A stretch of DNA of 64,000 bases from Candidatus Bathyarchaeota archaeon (GTDB lineage Archaea > Thermoproteota > Bathyarchaeia > 40CM-2-53-6). The stretch spans positions 224,001 to 288,000 of the forward strand of contig CAWHWX010000001.1 in assembly GCA_963833125.1 (NCBI GenBank). Reading direction: 5' to 3'. Below are positions 28,555 through 37,386 of this stretch, one piece after another (the first letter of the stretch is position 1; each line of letters opens with the position of its first letter). A program made the translations under genes and the position numbers. The notes beneath the pieces are model-generated. The model did no database searches and was not told the origin of the DNA. It was given only the letters and a program-made list of their open reading frames with translations.

Positions 28555-29142
28555 TCATGTTGGCTTCATGGCTAGGAGAAAGAATTCGGAAAGGTACGCC
28601 GCGGCTTCTGTCGGTTTGTAGTTGCGTCTGAAATGTATCTGTTGAAAAACAAAACGATTCATCATACCTAGAAGACATTCAGCGGCCATTCTCGGATCGG
28701 TTTCACGAAACTCGCCTGACTCGATTCCTTTCTCAACGATAGCATTGAGGACGGATTGAATTCTGGCTAGGTCGGCAGCCAAGGTTTTTCGTCCAACTGA
28801 ATCAAGTTCCTCTGTCGAGTGCCGAACGTACAGACCAACGTTCAAGTGATCCTTAGGAAAGTGGGCAAGGTAGCTGCGTGCGAAAGCTCGTATCTGGGCA
28901 CTTGGTCCCGCCGCTTTCTCGCATTCTTCGTTTAGTTTCGTTATGAAGCCTGTCAGACTTACGCTTTCGCGCACAACCGCGTCAAACAGGGCTTCTTTGT
29001 TTTTGAAGTAGTAGTAGACTGTGGGTGGGGTGACATCGGCGGCTCTGCATATGTCACGCATAGCTACGTTTGAGAACCCACGCTGAGTGAAGAGTTCTTT
29101 CGCGACTTCGAGTATGCGTTGTTCTTGGGTAACCGTAGTCAT
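28555..29142 (-). CDS. TetR/AcrR family transcriptional regulator
   Basis: HTH RILEVAKELF..RGF...MRDICRAADVTPPTVYYYFKNKEAL; ATG at 29142. Confidence 0.93.
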   Translation of the reverse strand: MTTVTQEQRILEVAKELFTQRGFSNVAMRDICRAADVTPPTVYYYFKNKEALFDAVVRESVSLTGFITKLNEECEKAAGPSAQIRAFARSYLAHFPKDHLNVGLYVRHSTEELDSVGRKTLAADLARIQSVLNAIVEKGIESGEFRETDPRMAAECLLGMMNRFVFQQIHFRRNYKPTEAAAYLSEFFLLAMKPT

Positions 29143-29147
29143 CGAAT

Positions 29148-30311
29148 TCAGCTCAGAACAGGTGTATGCATTGATGTCAGCTCTTCCGCATGTGGAATGT
29201 AAGGGCAAGCGGGGTCTTCTTCCAACGGGTCGCCAAACTCAGCGAAAGCCCTAGAGCGTGAACCTCCACAGATCTCCTTGTATTCGCAAACGCCACACCG
29301 TCCTTTCAGCTTCGAAGAATCCCTCAAGGCGATGAATAATGGGTTTGATCGATATATCGAGCTGAGGCTCTGGCTCGGAACCCTGCCAGTGCTTATGGGT
29401 AGAAAACCGCTTGGATAAACCTCTCCGTCGTAGGTTACGAAGAGAATCCCCCTTCCATCTCTTGTAGGAGTAGACTTCAGAGAGGGGGAACTCGTGGGCT
29501 TTCCTTCAAGCGTTCGCAATCTGTCTGTCAGATTTCGATAAAGCTCCCCGTTCGGAGGTGCGTGACCGTTTCCTCGCTCAGCACGTATTCTTCTGAAGTG
29601 GGGACCCTCCGCGGTTCGCACAGGCACCCCATAATGCGATGCCTCGAAGAGAAAATGCATGATTTCTTCACATTCCGTTGCCTCGAGACTCTCAAGCGAT
29701 GCTCCTCGGCCTGTTCGAATTAGGAAAAATACTTCCCAAGCGACCGCTCCACTCTGCTTTACAATGTGAAATATTTCAGCTAACTCGTTGACGTTGCTCC
29801 TCATCACTGTTGTATTGATTTGTGCCCTCAATCCCGTGCTCTTCGCAGATTGCATCGCCTGGATCGTCTTTTGCCATGTGCCTCTGATTCCACGAAGCCT
29901 GTCATGGGTTTCGGGTGACGCTCCGTCAAGGCTGACGGATATGATATCAACGCCTTTCTCTTTCATTCTAGAAACCGTGGTCTCGTTCAGTTTTGGCGTC
30001 ACGCTAGCCGCCACGGCCACATAGATGGATTTGCCTTTGGCGTAATCGATTAAGTCGAAGATGTCGTCCCGCATTAGCGGGTCGCCGCCGGTAAGTAGAA
30101 GCGCTGGGTAAGGTTGTCCAAAATTCACAAGTTGATCGATGAGTTCCAACCCTTGTAGATAATCTAGTTCACCCGGCATCCGGTTCCTGATCGCTCTCGC
30201 CCGACAATGCCTGCAAGATAGGAGACAGGCCTTCGTTGTTTCCCAACAAACGAAGACAGGTGCCTCGGAGAGATCGCTTCTCATCGTCCACGGAGGTCGT
30301 GTGGAACTCAA
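29148..30311 (-). CDS. Radical SAM/SPASM protein, NirJ/AhbD-related (TIGR04053-like)
   Basis: Motifs WETTKACLLSCRHCRA, TGGDP, GEVYPSGFLP and CGVCEYKEICGGSRSRA...DPAC; first gene of the hem operon. Confidence 0.88.
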   Translation of the reverse strand: MSSTRPPWTMRSDLSEAPVFVCWETTKACLLSCRHCRARAIRNRMPGELDYLQGLELIDQLVNFGQPYPALLLTGGDPLMRDDIFDLIDYAKGKSIYVAVAASVTPKLNETTVSRMKEKGVDIISVSLDGASPETHDRLRGIRGTWQKTIQAMQSAKSTGLRAQINTTVMRSNVNELAEIFHIVKQSGAVAWEVFFLIRTGRGASLESLEATECEEIMHFLFEASHYGVPVRTAEGPHFRRIRAERGNGHAPPNGELYRNLTDRLRTLEGKPTSSPSLKSTPTRDGRGILFVTYDGEVYPSGFLPISTGRVPSQSLSSIYRSNPLFIALRDSSKLKGRCGVCEYKEICGGSRSRAFAEFGDPLEEDPACPYIPHAEELTSMHTPVLS

Positions 30312-30367
30312 GTCCTACATTCACACCCGCGTTTTAGAGCTAGTAACTTTTTTCTTGTTTTGGCGCT

Positions 30368-30389
30368 CTATTTAACGTTCGTTATATAG
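30368..30389. promoter_or_regulatory. 22-bp inverted repeat overlapping the hem operon TATA box (candidate TetR operator)
   Basis: CTATTTAACG-TT-CGTTATATAG with 9/10 symmetric arms; the minus strand reads TATATAA within it. Confidence 0.6.
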
Positions 30390-30514
30390 CTACTATAGAT
30401 TATTTCAGATGGACCTTCATTCCCAGATCAAGTCGGTTCGGATTGCGAACCGATAGTTGAGGGCATTCGTGAAGCTTAAGTTTAGACGTAATACGTCATG
30501 ATTAGGGATGCGTT

Positions 30515-31288
30515 TTGAGTTACCAGAATGTATTGGTTACAAAGGAGGGCGCCATCGGCATAGTTCAATTGAATCGTCCGAAAGTTTTGAACGCCCTCAA
30601 TTTCGAGCTTATGACGGAACTGGTAATCGCGCTTGAGGAATTAGATAGAGAAGAAGCCGTCAAGGTGATGATTCTTACGGGCGGCGAAAGAGCCTTCGCG
30701 GCCGGAGCTGACTTGGCCGAAATGTCGCAGGATACACTGGTTGACCTAGTGCTTGATCGAAGGTTTGAGCTGTGGGATCGCATCAGGAAGATCTCGAAGC
30801 CCATCATAGCAGCCGTTAGCGGTTACTGCCTGGGAGGCGGAAATGAGCTGGCTATGAATTGTGACTTCATTATCGCATCCGAGACAGCGACGTTCGGTCA
30901 ACCAGAGGTAAACGTTGGGATCATTCCTGGCGCTGGTGGGACGCAACGTCTACCGCGCGTTGTTGGAAAATACAAAGCGATGGAAATGATTCTGACGGGC
31001 AAGAGTATTTCGGCGGACGAAGCGTATAGGATTGGTTTAGTTAATCATGTAGTTCCTCCTGAAAGCTTGATGGAGGAAGCTAAGAAGATCGCCACCGATA
31101 TCGCGTCAAAACCTCCAATCTCAATCAGATTCGCCAAAGAAGCGATCTTGAGAGCACAGGACACGACACTTGAAGTTGGTCTAGAGTTTGAACGCAAAGC
31201 GTTCTATATGCTGTTCGCCACTGAGGATGGAAAGGAAGGCATGAAGGCCTTCCTAGAGAAGAGGAAACCAACATTCAAAGGGAAGTAG
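30515..31288 (+). CDS. Enoyl-CoA hydratase (PaaF-like)
   Basis: Motifs LNRPKVLNAL, AFAAGADL, LGGGNEL and GQPEVNVGIIPGAGGTQRL; both catalytic Glu present. Confidence 0.92.
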   Translation: MSYQNVLVTKEGAIGIVQLNRPKVLNALNFELMTELVIALEELDREEAVKVMILTGGERAFAAGADLAEMSQDTLVDLVLDRRFELWDRIRKISKPIIAAVSGYCLGGGNELAMNCDFIIASETATFGQPEVNVGIIPGAGGTQRLPRVVGKYKAMEMILTGKSISADEAYRIGLVNHVVPPESLMEEAKKIATDIASKPPISIRFAKEAILRAQDTTLEVGLEFERKAFYMLFATEDGKEGMKAFLEKRKPTFKGK

Positions 31289-31289
31289 A

Positions 31290-31544
31290 ATGAAACGCCG
31301 GCTTTTTGAAATCGGCTTTATTGGCTCAGCGATTGCCTTAGTTGGTTTGGTTGGCCTACTGAATTGCCTTCAAGGTACCCCATTTCTGGGGGGTCTGAAA
31401 TGCAACTATGCGCTCACGTCAAGTGATTTGGTGATAAAGCTGGGCGCTACCGCGGTTTTTCTTCTCTTTCTTGCATTGCTGCTCGGCCCAGTACTTGCCA
31501 CGCTTATTCAACCAGGTTTCAACAAGCAAAAGAATCCTACCTGA
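31290..31544 (+). CDS. Small membrane protein (2 TM)
   Basis: 84-aa hydrophobic ORF starting 1 nt after the upstream stop. Confidence 0.6.
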   Translation: MKRRLFEIGFIGSAIALVGLVGLLNCLQGTPFLGGLKCNYALTSSDLVIKLGATAVFLLFLALLLGPVLATLIQPGFNKQKNPT

Positions 31545-31560
31545 CTTTGAGGGATCGTAA

Positions 31561-32361
31561 ACGAGCCAACCTTACCAGACGATCATTTACGAAAAATCTG
31601 AGAACGTCGCTACAATAACGCTCAACAGGCCGGAAGTACTCAACGCTGTAAACGAGAGAATGGGACGAGAACTCATGGACGCCCTGAAGGGAATCTCGCA
31701 AGACGATGAGGTACGTTCAGTTATCATGACAGGTAAAGGCAGAGCGTTCTCCGCAGGAGAGGATATTCAAGACCTGCGAGGGCAGTATGAGAGAGGCGAG
31801 AATCCTAGACTTGGTGAGAGGCTTCATTACAAATACAACCCTATCATCAGACGCATCCGGCAAATGTCGAAGCCAGTCATCGCCGCCGTCAATGGTGTGG
31901 CCGCGGGAGCCGGGGCAGGAATCGCATATTCTTGCGACTTTCGGATTGTTGCCGAAAACGCAAAGTTCATTCAAGCATTCATTCGCGTTGGCCTTGCACC
32001 GGACTCTGGAACTAGCTTCTTCCTTCCAAGACTGGTGGGTTTTGCAAAAGCACTAGAGCTGTCATTAACCGGTGACGAACTCACGGCCAAAGACGCCGAA
32101 AACCTAGGATTGACGTCCAAAGTTGTTCCATTAGATCAATTGATGCCAATCACCAGAGAACTCGCCGTTAAATTGTCTCTGGGCCCTACCAAGGCGATCG
32201 GCCTCACAAAGCGGGCGCTGAACAAATCAATCTCTTCTGACTTGGAAACCGTTCTAGAGTATGAGAGCTATTTGCAAGAGATCGCCGGTGCGACGTCCGA
32301 TCATCTTGAAGCTGTCCGTGCTTTCTTCGACAAGAGAAAGCCGGTTTTCAAAGGAAACTAA
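31561..32361 (+). CDS. Crotonase-family isomerase, PaaG-like (probable ACG start)
   Basis: The frame is open from ACG at 31561 (…YQTIIYEKSENVATITLNRPEVLNA). Motifs FSAGED, NGVAAGAG and AFIRVGLAPDSG, where Asp replaces the hydratase Glu pair as in PaaG. Confidence 0.85.
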   Translation, partial: TSQPYQTIIYEKSENVATITLNRPEVLNAVNERMGRELMDALKGISQDDEVRSVIMTGKGRAFSAGEDIQDLRGQYERGENPRLGERLHYKYNPIIRRIRQMSKPVIAAVNGVAAGAGAGIAYSCDFRIVAENAKFIQAFIRVGLAPDSGTSFFLPRLVGFAKALELSLTGDELTAKDAENLGLTSKVVPLDQLMPITRELAVKLSLGPTKAIGLTKRALNKSISSDLETVLEYESYLQEIAGATSDHLEAVRAFFDKRKPVFKGN

Positions 32362-32367
32362 TTACGC

Positions 32368-33363
32368 CTAGAATGGAGTGGCCACGGGTTCGTCTGCGCG
32401 TACATCAATCTCGGCTCCTTCCAAATCGATTTCAGGAATGGCGGGAAGCAGTATTCCTAATTTCTCGATTTGTTCCCTCCGCCTCTGAATGGCCTGAAGC
32501 CAGCCCTTCGATTTTTCTTCAATCGAAGGAACTCCAAGACCTGAGTCTCTTGCAACCCCCTCCATTTCCGCGTCGATCTCGTCGAAGTCCTTAGGCAAAT
32601 GCCAGAAGATTGGCATTGGGTGGTAGAGAAGGGGAGAGAGGAAGATGAAACCGTGCTTCATCTGTCGTGTTATCATCAACTTCTGATCCGATGGGAAATC
32701 CTTGGCGAGGTTATCCAATAGGGATAATGTTCCAGCTAGGTGGCGTGATTCGTCCACCGTCACGTTTTGGAATGCCTCCTTGTAGAGTTTGATGCTTGAG
32801 AGTTCGCTAACGGTCTTGAAGATGAGTTGGGCCCCTATCTCCGCGAAGAAGAAACTTGAGAATATCAGCTCCAACGGATATTTCTCCCAGGCTTTCATGA
32901 AGCCATCCCAGTACCTTCTTCCATTATCATAAAGAGCAGTGATGTTCTTCAAAGCCCTCTTTTCGAAGTCGGTTGTGGCGTGATATTTGTATGGGAAGTT
33001 CGGACAGAGCTTATTGCAAGCACGCCTGCAAACCTCGTCGTGCCTACACTCATCGAACGTCACCGCCGCCAGAAACTTCTTGGTTGGATCCTCCATATCG
33101 TACATCGCCGCCTTCAACATGGCTGTACCGAACGCTCCAATTCCTGATTTCTCGAATAACGCGAGTTTAGCCATCCAATATGCCTGTGCAACGCGTTCCT
33201 TCCCGTCTAGGCCAGTCGGGTCTAATGAGTCCCAAGCTAGCGTAACTGGGTTCCAATCTTGAACGAAGGACTGCTCATACGTGCGAAGCAACTGTTGTGT
33301 CTTAACAGTCCAGTTGCCCGGGAAGATGTTGGGTTCAGAAGGAGTTTGTGACATGGAGCCCAT
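32368..33363 (-). CDS. Ferritin-like diiron-carboxylate protein of unknown function
   Basis: Two E...ExxH repeats: FEKSG...DECRH and AEIGA...DESRH. Confidence 0.85.
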   Translation of the reverse strand: MGSMSQTPSEPNIFPGNWTVKTQQLLRTYEQSFVQDWNPVTLAWDSLDPTGLDGKERVAQAYWMAKLALFEKSGIGAFGTAMLKAAMYDMEDPTKKFLAAVTFDECRHDEVCRRACNKLCPNFPYKYHATTDFEKRALKNITALYDNGRRYWDGFMKAWEKYPLELIFSSFFFAEIGAQLIFKTVSELSSIKLYKEAFQNVTVDESRHLAGTLSLLDNLAKDFPSDQKLMITRQMKHGFIFLSPLLYHPMPIFWHLPKDFDEIDAEMEGVARDSGLGVPSIEEKSKGWLQAIQRRREQIEKLGILLPAIPEIDLEGAEIDVRADEPVATPF

Positions 33364-33455
33364 TCTATCGTGAAAGAAATAGTCCTTTAAGGATTCCGAA
33401 GTCACACGGGCCCTATCTCATCGAGATACATTGTCGGTGAACAGGCATAGAGGTG

Positions 33456-34226
33456 CTAGTGAAGTAGGCTGCCGCCGTCTAAGACGAGCGTTTGTCCGTT
33501 AATGAATGTTGAATCGTCTGAACAAAGGAACACGAGAATCTTGGCGATCTCTTCAGGTTTAGCGAATCGCTTGATGAGGTTCTCGCCCTTCTCCCTTTCC
33601 AACTCTTCCTCTGTCAGCTCGGTTACCCATTCGGTTTCAACGTTCCCGAGTGCTACCGTATTTACCCGGACGTAAGGTGCGAGTTCAACAGCGAGCGCCT
33701 TCGTGAGGCCAATAACGCCTGCCTTAGCTACCGTAAATGCGAATCCCCTATCGTGCCCACCCAAAGCAGGCGTTGAGCTAACGTTCACGATCACTCCCCT
33801 CTTTTGTTTCAGAAATTGCGGTGCAACGGCTCGTGCACAAAGGAAGGATCCGAACAGGTCTACGTCTATGGGCTTGAAGAAGTCGTCAGGGGACAGCTCC
33901 AGGAAACGCTTATTCCATTCACCCTTTGCAGGGTAACCGGCTAAGTTTAACAGAAAATCAACCTTCCCGAACTTGCTAACCGCGGCTTCAACCATATCCT
34001 GAACCTGGCTGGGTGACTCCTTCACGTCTGTGAAATTGACTTGTGCCAGAAGGGTTTCGTGGCCGAGAAGGGATATTTCACGTGCAACTTTCTCCGCTGC
34101 ACCTCTATTGGCATGATATTGTAGCACAATGTTTGCACCCTCCCTCGCGAACTCAAGGGCCGTAGCCCGACCGATGCCGCCGCTGGCTCCCGTGACTACG
34201 GCAAGTTTACCCGACATGCTCAACAT
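33456..34226 (-). CDS. Short-chain dehydrogenase/reductase (catalytic Tyr replaced by Phe)
   Basis: Motifs TGASGGIG, NLAG, VSS and NGQTLVLDGG; FTVAK occupies the YxxxK position. Confidence 0.9.
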   Translation of the reverse strand: MLSMSGKLAVVTGASGGIGRATALEFAREGANIVLQYHANRGAAEKVAREISLLGHETLLAQVNFTDVKESPSQVQDMVEAAVSKFGKVDFLLNLAGYPAKGEWNKRFLELSPDDFFKPIDVDLFGSFLCARAVAPQFLKQKRGVIVNVSSTPALGGHDRGFAFTVAKAGVIGLTKALAVELAPYVRVNTVALGNVETEWVTELTEEELEREKGENLIKRFAKPEEIAKILVFLCSDDSTFINGQTLVLDGGSLLH

Positions 34227-34379
34227 TTAGGCAAACCACCCATCCATGGGACTCAAGAACCAAGTCACAAACCGCGGGCTCCTATATTGAGTAGACTTTA
34301 TTTCATCCAGAACCTGAATAATGATTAGAGAGGAAATCAGTCGCCCACTTTTGAGCAACTGACACGATTCAACAAACGT

Positions 34380-34691
34380 ATGCCCGTCTTGGTCTATGAG
34401 AAAATCAAGACCGGACAGTTTCTTCTCATAAAACGCTACAAAGAAAAATTAGTTTTTGTCGGCAAATTGAATGTCTTGGGTATCCTCCTGCTGGGCCTTA
34501 CTGGGTACTGGTACCTTGCTGGCACCAAATATCACAGTTACGTGTTGGAAGGCCTTTTGGGAATCATGACCACCGCGAAGTTGGATGACAGGCTCTACAA
34601 AGTAACGGATTGGGGCCACAAGAAGGGTCGACTGCTCGTCTATGTAGAAAAGGAAACGCCGAAAGCACGAATGAAAGCGCAAGAAGTCTAG
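34380..34691 (+). CDS. Hypothetical membrane-associated protein
   Basis: 103-aa ORF with a central hydrophobic segment. Confidence 0.55.
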   Translation: MPVLVYEKIKTGQFLLIKRYKEKLVFVGKLNVLGILLLGLTGYWYLAGTKYHSYVLEGLLGIMTTAKLDDRLYKVTDWGHKKGRLLVYVEKETPKARMKAQEV

Positions 34692-34989
34692 AAAGTCTCG
34701 AAATCCATCCGCAACAATAATGGATTCAGCATCATCCCATATAGAATTAGAGATAGGAACCCTATCGTCTGACAGACAGGGCCCAAATGCTTTAATGTGA
34801 TTCAAGGCTACGCTAGAGAGGGCTTCGTGGTAGAAGAAATACCGGCGGCAAACGACGAAGAGCTTGACGATGAATATTTGCCTGCTTGTTGCCGCAACGG
34901 TAAACAGCATCAACATCCAGTTTAACTGAGATGTTCTGGGATACTCGTTCGTGGTCAGGGTGGAGTATCGATTATCTAAGAGGCGCCTC

Positions 34990-35418
34990 TCATTCAACGC
35001 CTAGACTTGTGAGAAGGTAAGAAAAGTTTCCATTCTCCAGCTTCGACGGCCTAAGCTTCAGTTTGATGCCTGCCTTCAGATTCTCCTCCGGAATCCTTCG
35101 ATCGATCCATGCGAAGACCTTTGGTCCTTCACAGAATTGCGCTAAACCTAGGAAATAGGGGACTTGCTCTTTGAATGATGCTGGAGCAGCCTCTACCTTT
35201 GTGAAAGTTATCAATGTACAATCGCCGGATAGCAACGTCCATTCGAAGCTACTCGACAGGCACTTCAGGCAATAGGCCCGCGGCGGAAATTGTATGAGGC
35301 CGCACTCTAGACATTTCGTACCATAAATTTTTCCAGCCTCCAAGTACTCGACGAATTTTGAGACTCTTGTTTGGCTTGCGAATGAAACCCAGCCGAATTT
35401 TTCGAAACCCAAGCTCAA
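34990..35418 (-). CDS. DUF35 Zn-ribbon/OB-fold protein (thiolase partner)
   Basis: GTKCLECG..FPPRAYCLKC and PYFLGL; TTG start just after the thiolase stop. Confidence 0.9.
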   Translation of the reverse strand: MSLGFEKFGWVSFASQTRVSKFVEYLEAGKIYGTKCLECGLIQFPPRAYCLKCLSSSFEWTLLSGDCTLITFTKVEAAPASFKEQVPYFLGLAQFCEGPKVFAWIDRRIPEENLKAGIKLKLRPSKLENGNFSYLLTSLGVE

Positions 35419-35437
35419 CCACCCATATGGCGTTAAT

Positions 35438-36589
35438 TCAACCGGCACGAAGGACCGTGCAAACGGCGTACATTCCAATTCCACCGATGTTGTGGGCCAG
35501 GCCAAGTTTTGCGTCGGGTACCTGGCTGCCATCGGCTTCGTTGCGAAGTTGTTTTGTGATGGAGATAATGTGAGCGGCTCCTGTGGCGCCCACAGGATGC
35601 CCCTTTGCAAGTAAACCTCCGTCGACGTTTACTGGCGTTTTTCCCCCAACATAGGACTGTCCGTCTTCTACGAATCTCCCGCCTTCACCCCGTTTGCAGA
35701 ATCCTAGGTCCTCGTAATTCATTATCTCTGCCGATGAGAAGCTATCGTGAACTTCTGCCACGTCAATTTGACGTGCCGTCACTTTAGCCATCTTGTAAGC
35801 CTGTTTAGCTGCGAGGACACTGCATTCGAAGCTCGCGAACTCACCGCGACTCGTAAGTGACATTGGGCTGGATGCCAGCCCAAGGCCGGCCAACCAAACT
35901 GGAGTATCCGTGAACTTCCGGGCTAACTTTTCAGCAGCTAGAATTATGCAAGTAGCGCCATCCGCGTTGGCGCAGCAGTCATACAGTTTGAGCGGGCTTG
36001 CAACGATTCGTGATCTTAGAACATCATCGATTGTGATTTCCTTTTGGAACATTGCGTAAGGATTCTTAGCACCGTACATGTGGTTCTTAACCGACACAAG
36101 CGCCAACTGCTCCTCAGTCGTTCCATACCGGTCCATATGTGCTCGAGCATGCATCGCATAATATGCCGGCATAGTCGGTCCGAAGGGTGACTCCCACATC
36201 ACATCCCCCGACCTGCTCATTACATCCTGCACCTCTCCAGCATCAAGCTCCGTCATCTTCTGAAAACCAACAACCGCAACAACATCATGCAACCCAGCCT
36301 GAATCATGGACCATCCCACTCTAACCCCAACGCCTGAAGAGGCACACGCAGCCTCTACGTGAAGCGTGGGAATTGGATTAAGCCCTAGGTATTCAGCCAT
36401 AATCCCGGCAGGAGACCGTTGCTTATCGTAGTGAGTTCCCGAACATACGATTAGTGTTGAAATATCCTTCCTAGCTAGTCCCGCGTCGGATAGTGCCGCC
36501 TTAAAGGCTTCAGCGACGAGCTCCCGGCTTGAGGTATCAGGAATCTTCCCGAACTTTGTTTGCCCTATCCCTACTATGCCAACCCGCAA
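35438..36589 (-). CDS. Thiolase (archaeal SCP2-type acetyl-CoA acyltransferase)
   Basis: Motifs VEAACASS, AEVHDSF, GGLLAKGHPVGATG and HNIGG. Confidence 0.93.
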   Translation of the reverse strand: MRVGIVGIGQTKFGKIPDTSSRELVAEAFKAALSDAGLARKDISTLIVCSGTHYDKQRSPAGIMAEYLGLNPIPTLHVEAACASSGVGVRVGWSMIQAGLHDVVAVVGFQKMTELDAGEVQDVMSRSGDVMWESPFGPTMPAYYAMHARAHMDRYGTTEEQLALVSVKNHMYGAKNPYAMFQKEITIDDVLRSRIVASPLKLYDCCANADGATCIILAAEKLARKFTDTPVWLAGLGLASSPMSLTSRGEFASFECSVLAAKQAYKMAKVTARQIDVAEVHDSFSSAEIMNYEDLGFCKRGEGGRFVEDGQSYVGGKTPVNVDGGLLAKGHPVGATGAAHIISITKQLRNEADGSQVPDAKLGLAHNIGGIGMYAVCTVLRAG

Positions 36590-36710
36590 GAATTCACCCT
36601 CATTTCAATTACTAATGGATTGAGGCGTTATCGGCTAATTTATTTGGTTATCTAGGAACTAGGAATGTGCTAGTACTGTGGCTTGAGGTACGATTCGGAA
36701 TCGGACAACC

Positions 36711-37070
36711 TTGATAGTCAGTGATGAGCCGTCAAAGCAACGCATCCTTGCAGCCATGGCCGACGAATATTCCAGAAAGATATTGACCGCTACAATCCAA
36801 GAACCGATTAGTGCACTCGAATTGAGCAAGAAGTATGAGATACCAATAACCACCGTTTATAGGCGCATTGAGGAACTGGTGGAAGCTGGTCTGCTCGCCG
36901 CAGTTAAGTCAGGCAGGACGACGGACGGTAAATGGTATGACCTGTACAGAAGTCTTCTGCGGCGAATCGATGTGGGATTCGAAAACGGCGATGTTAGAAT
37001 CGAGATCATCGTAAATGAACATGTTTCAGACCGCTTTACACGAATGTGGACTTCAATCCCAACAATCTGA
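36711..37070 (+). CDS. ArsR-like winged HTH regulator
   Basis: LAAMADEYSRKIL...IPITTVYRRIEELVEAGLL. Confidence 0.88.
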   Translation: MIVSDEPSKQRILAAMADEYSRKILTATIQEPISALELSKKYEIPITTVYRRIEELVEAGLLAAVKSGRTTDGKWYDLYRSLLRRIDVGFENGDVRIEIIVNEHVSDRFTRMWTSIPTI

Positions 37071-37085
37071 GGGAAGCGTATAGTT

Positions 37086-37373
37086 GTGGTTGAACTTTCT
37101 CCGATCTTTTGGTTAACCAGCATTACGAAGATCGTCGCGCTCATTCTCGGCGCATTCATTGTCTATCTTGCATACAAGGGATACAAGCGAAACTCCAGCA
37201 AGCCACTACTTTACGTAGCGCTTGGATTTGCACTAATAACCGCGGGCACGGTTACTGAAGGAATACTTTACGTGGTGCTCGGGTCGGAATTGCTGAGTGC
37301 GATTGCTGCCGGAACAACTTTTATGGTCCTCGGATTCGTCGTGATAGTATATTCGATTTACGCGGTCAAGTGA
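37086..37373 (+). CDS. Small 3-TM membrane protein paired with the HTH regulator
   Basis: LAYKGYKR...LYVALGFALITAG...EG and GFVVIVYSIY pattern. Confidence 0.8.
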   Translation: MVELSPIFWLTSITKIVALILGAFIVYLAYKGYKRNSSKPLLYVALGFALITAGTVTEGILYVVLGSELLSAIAAGTTFMVLGFVVIVYSIYAVK

Positions 37374-37386
37374 AGACGCAAGTATC

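Noticed and set aside
34449-34997. 182-aa minus-strand ORF
   Set aside because: It overlaps the more plausible + strand gene 34380..34691 and has no recognisable motif.
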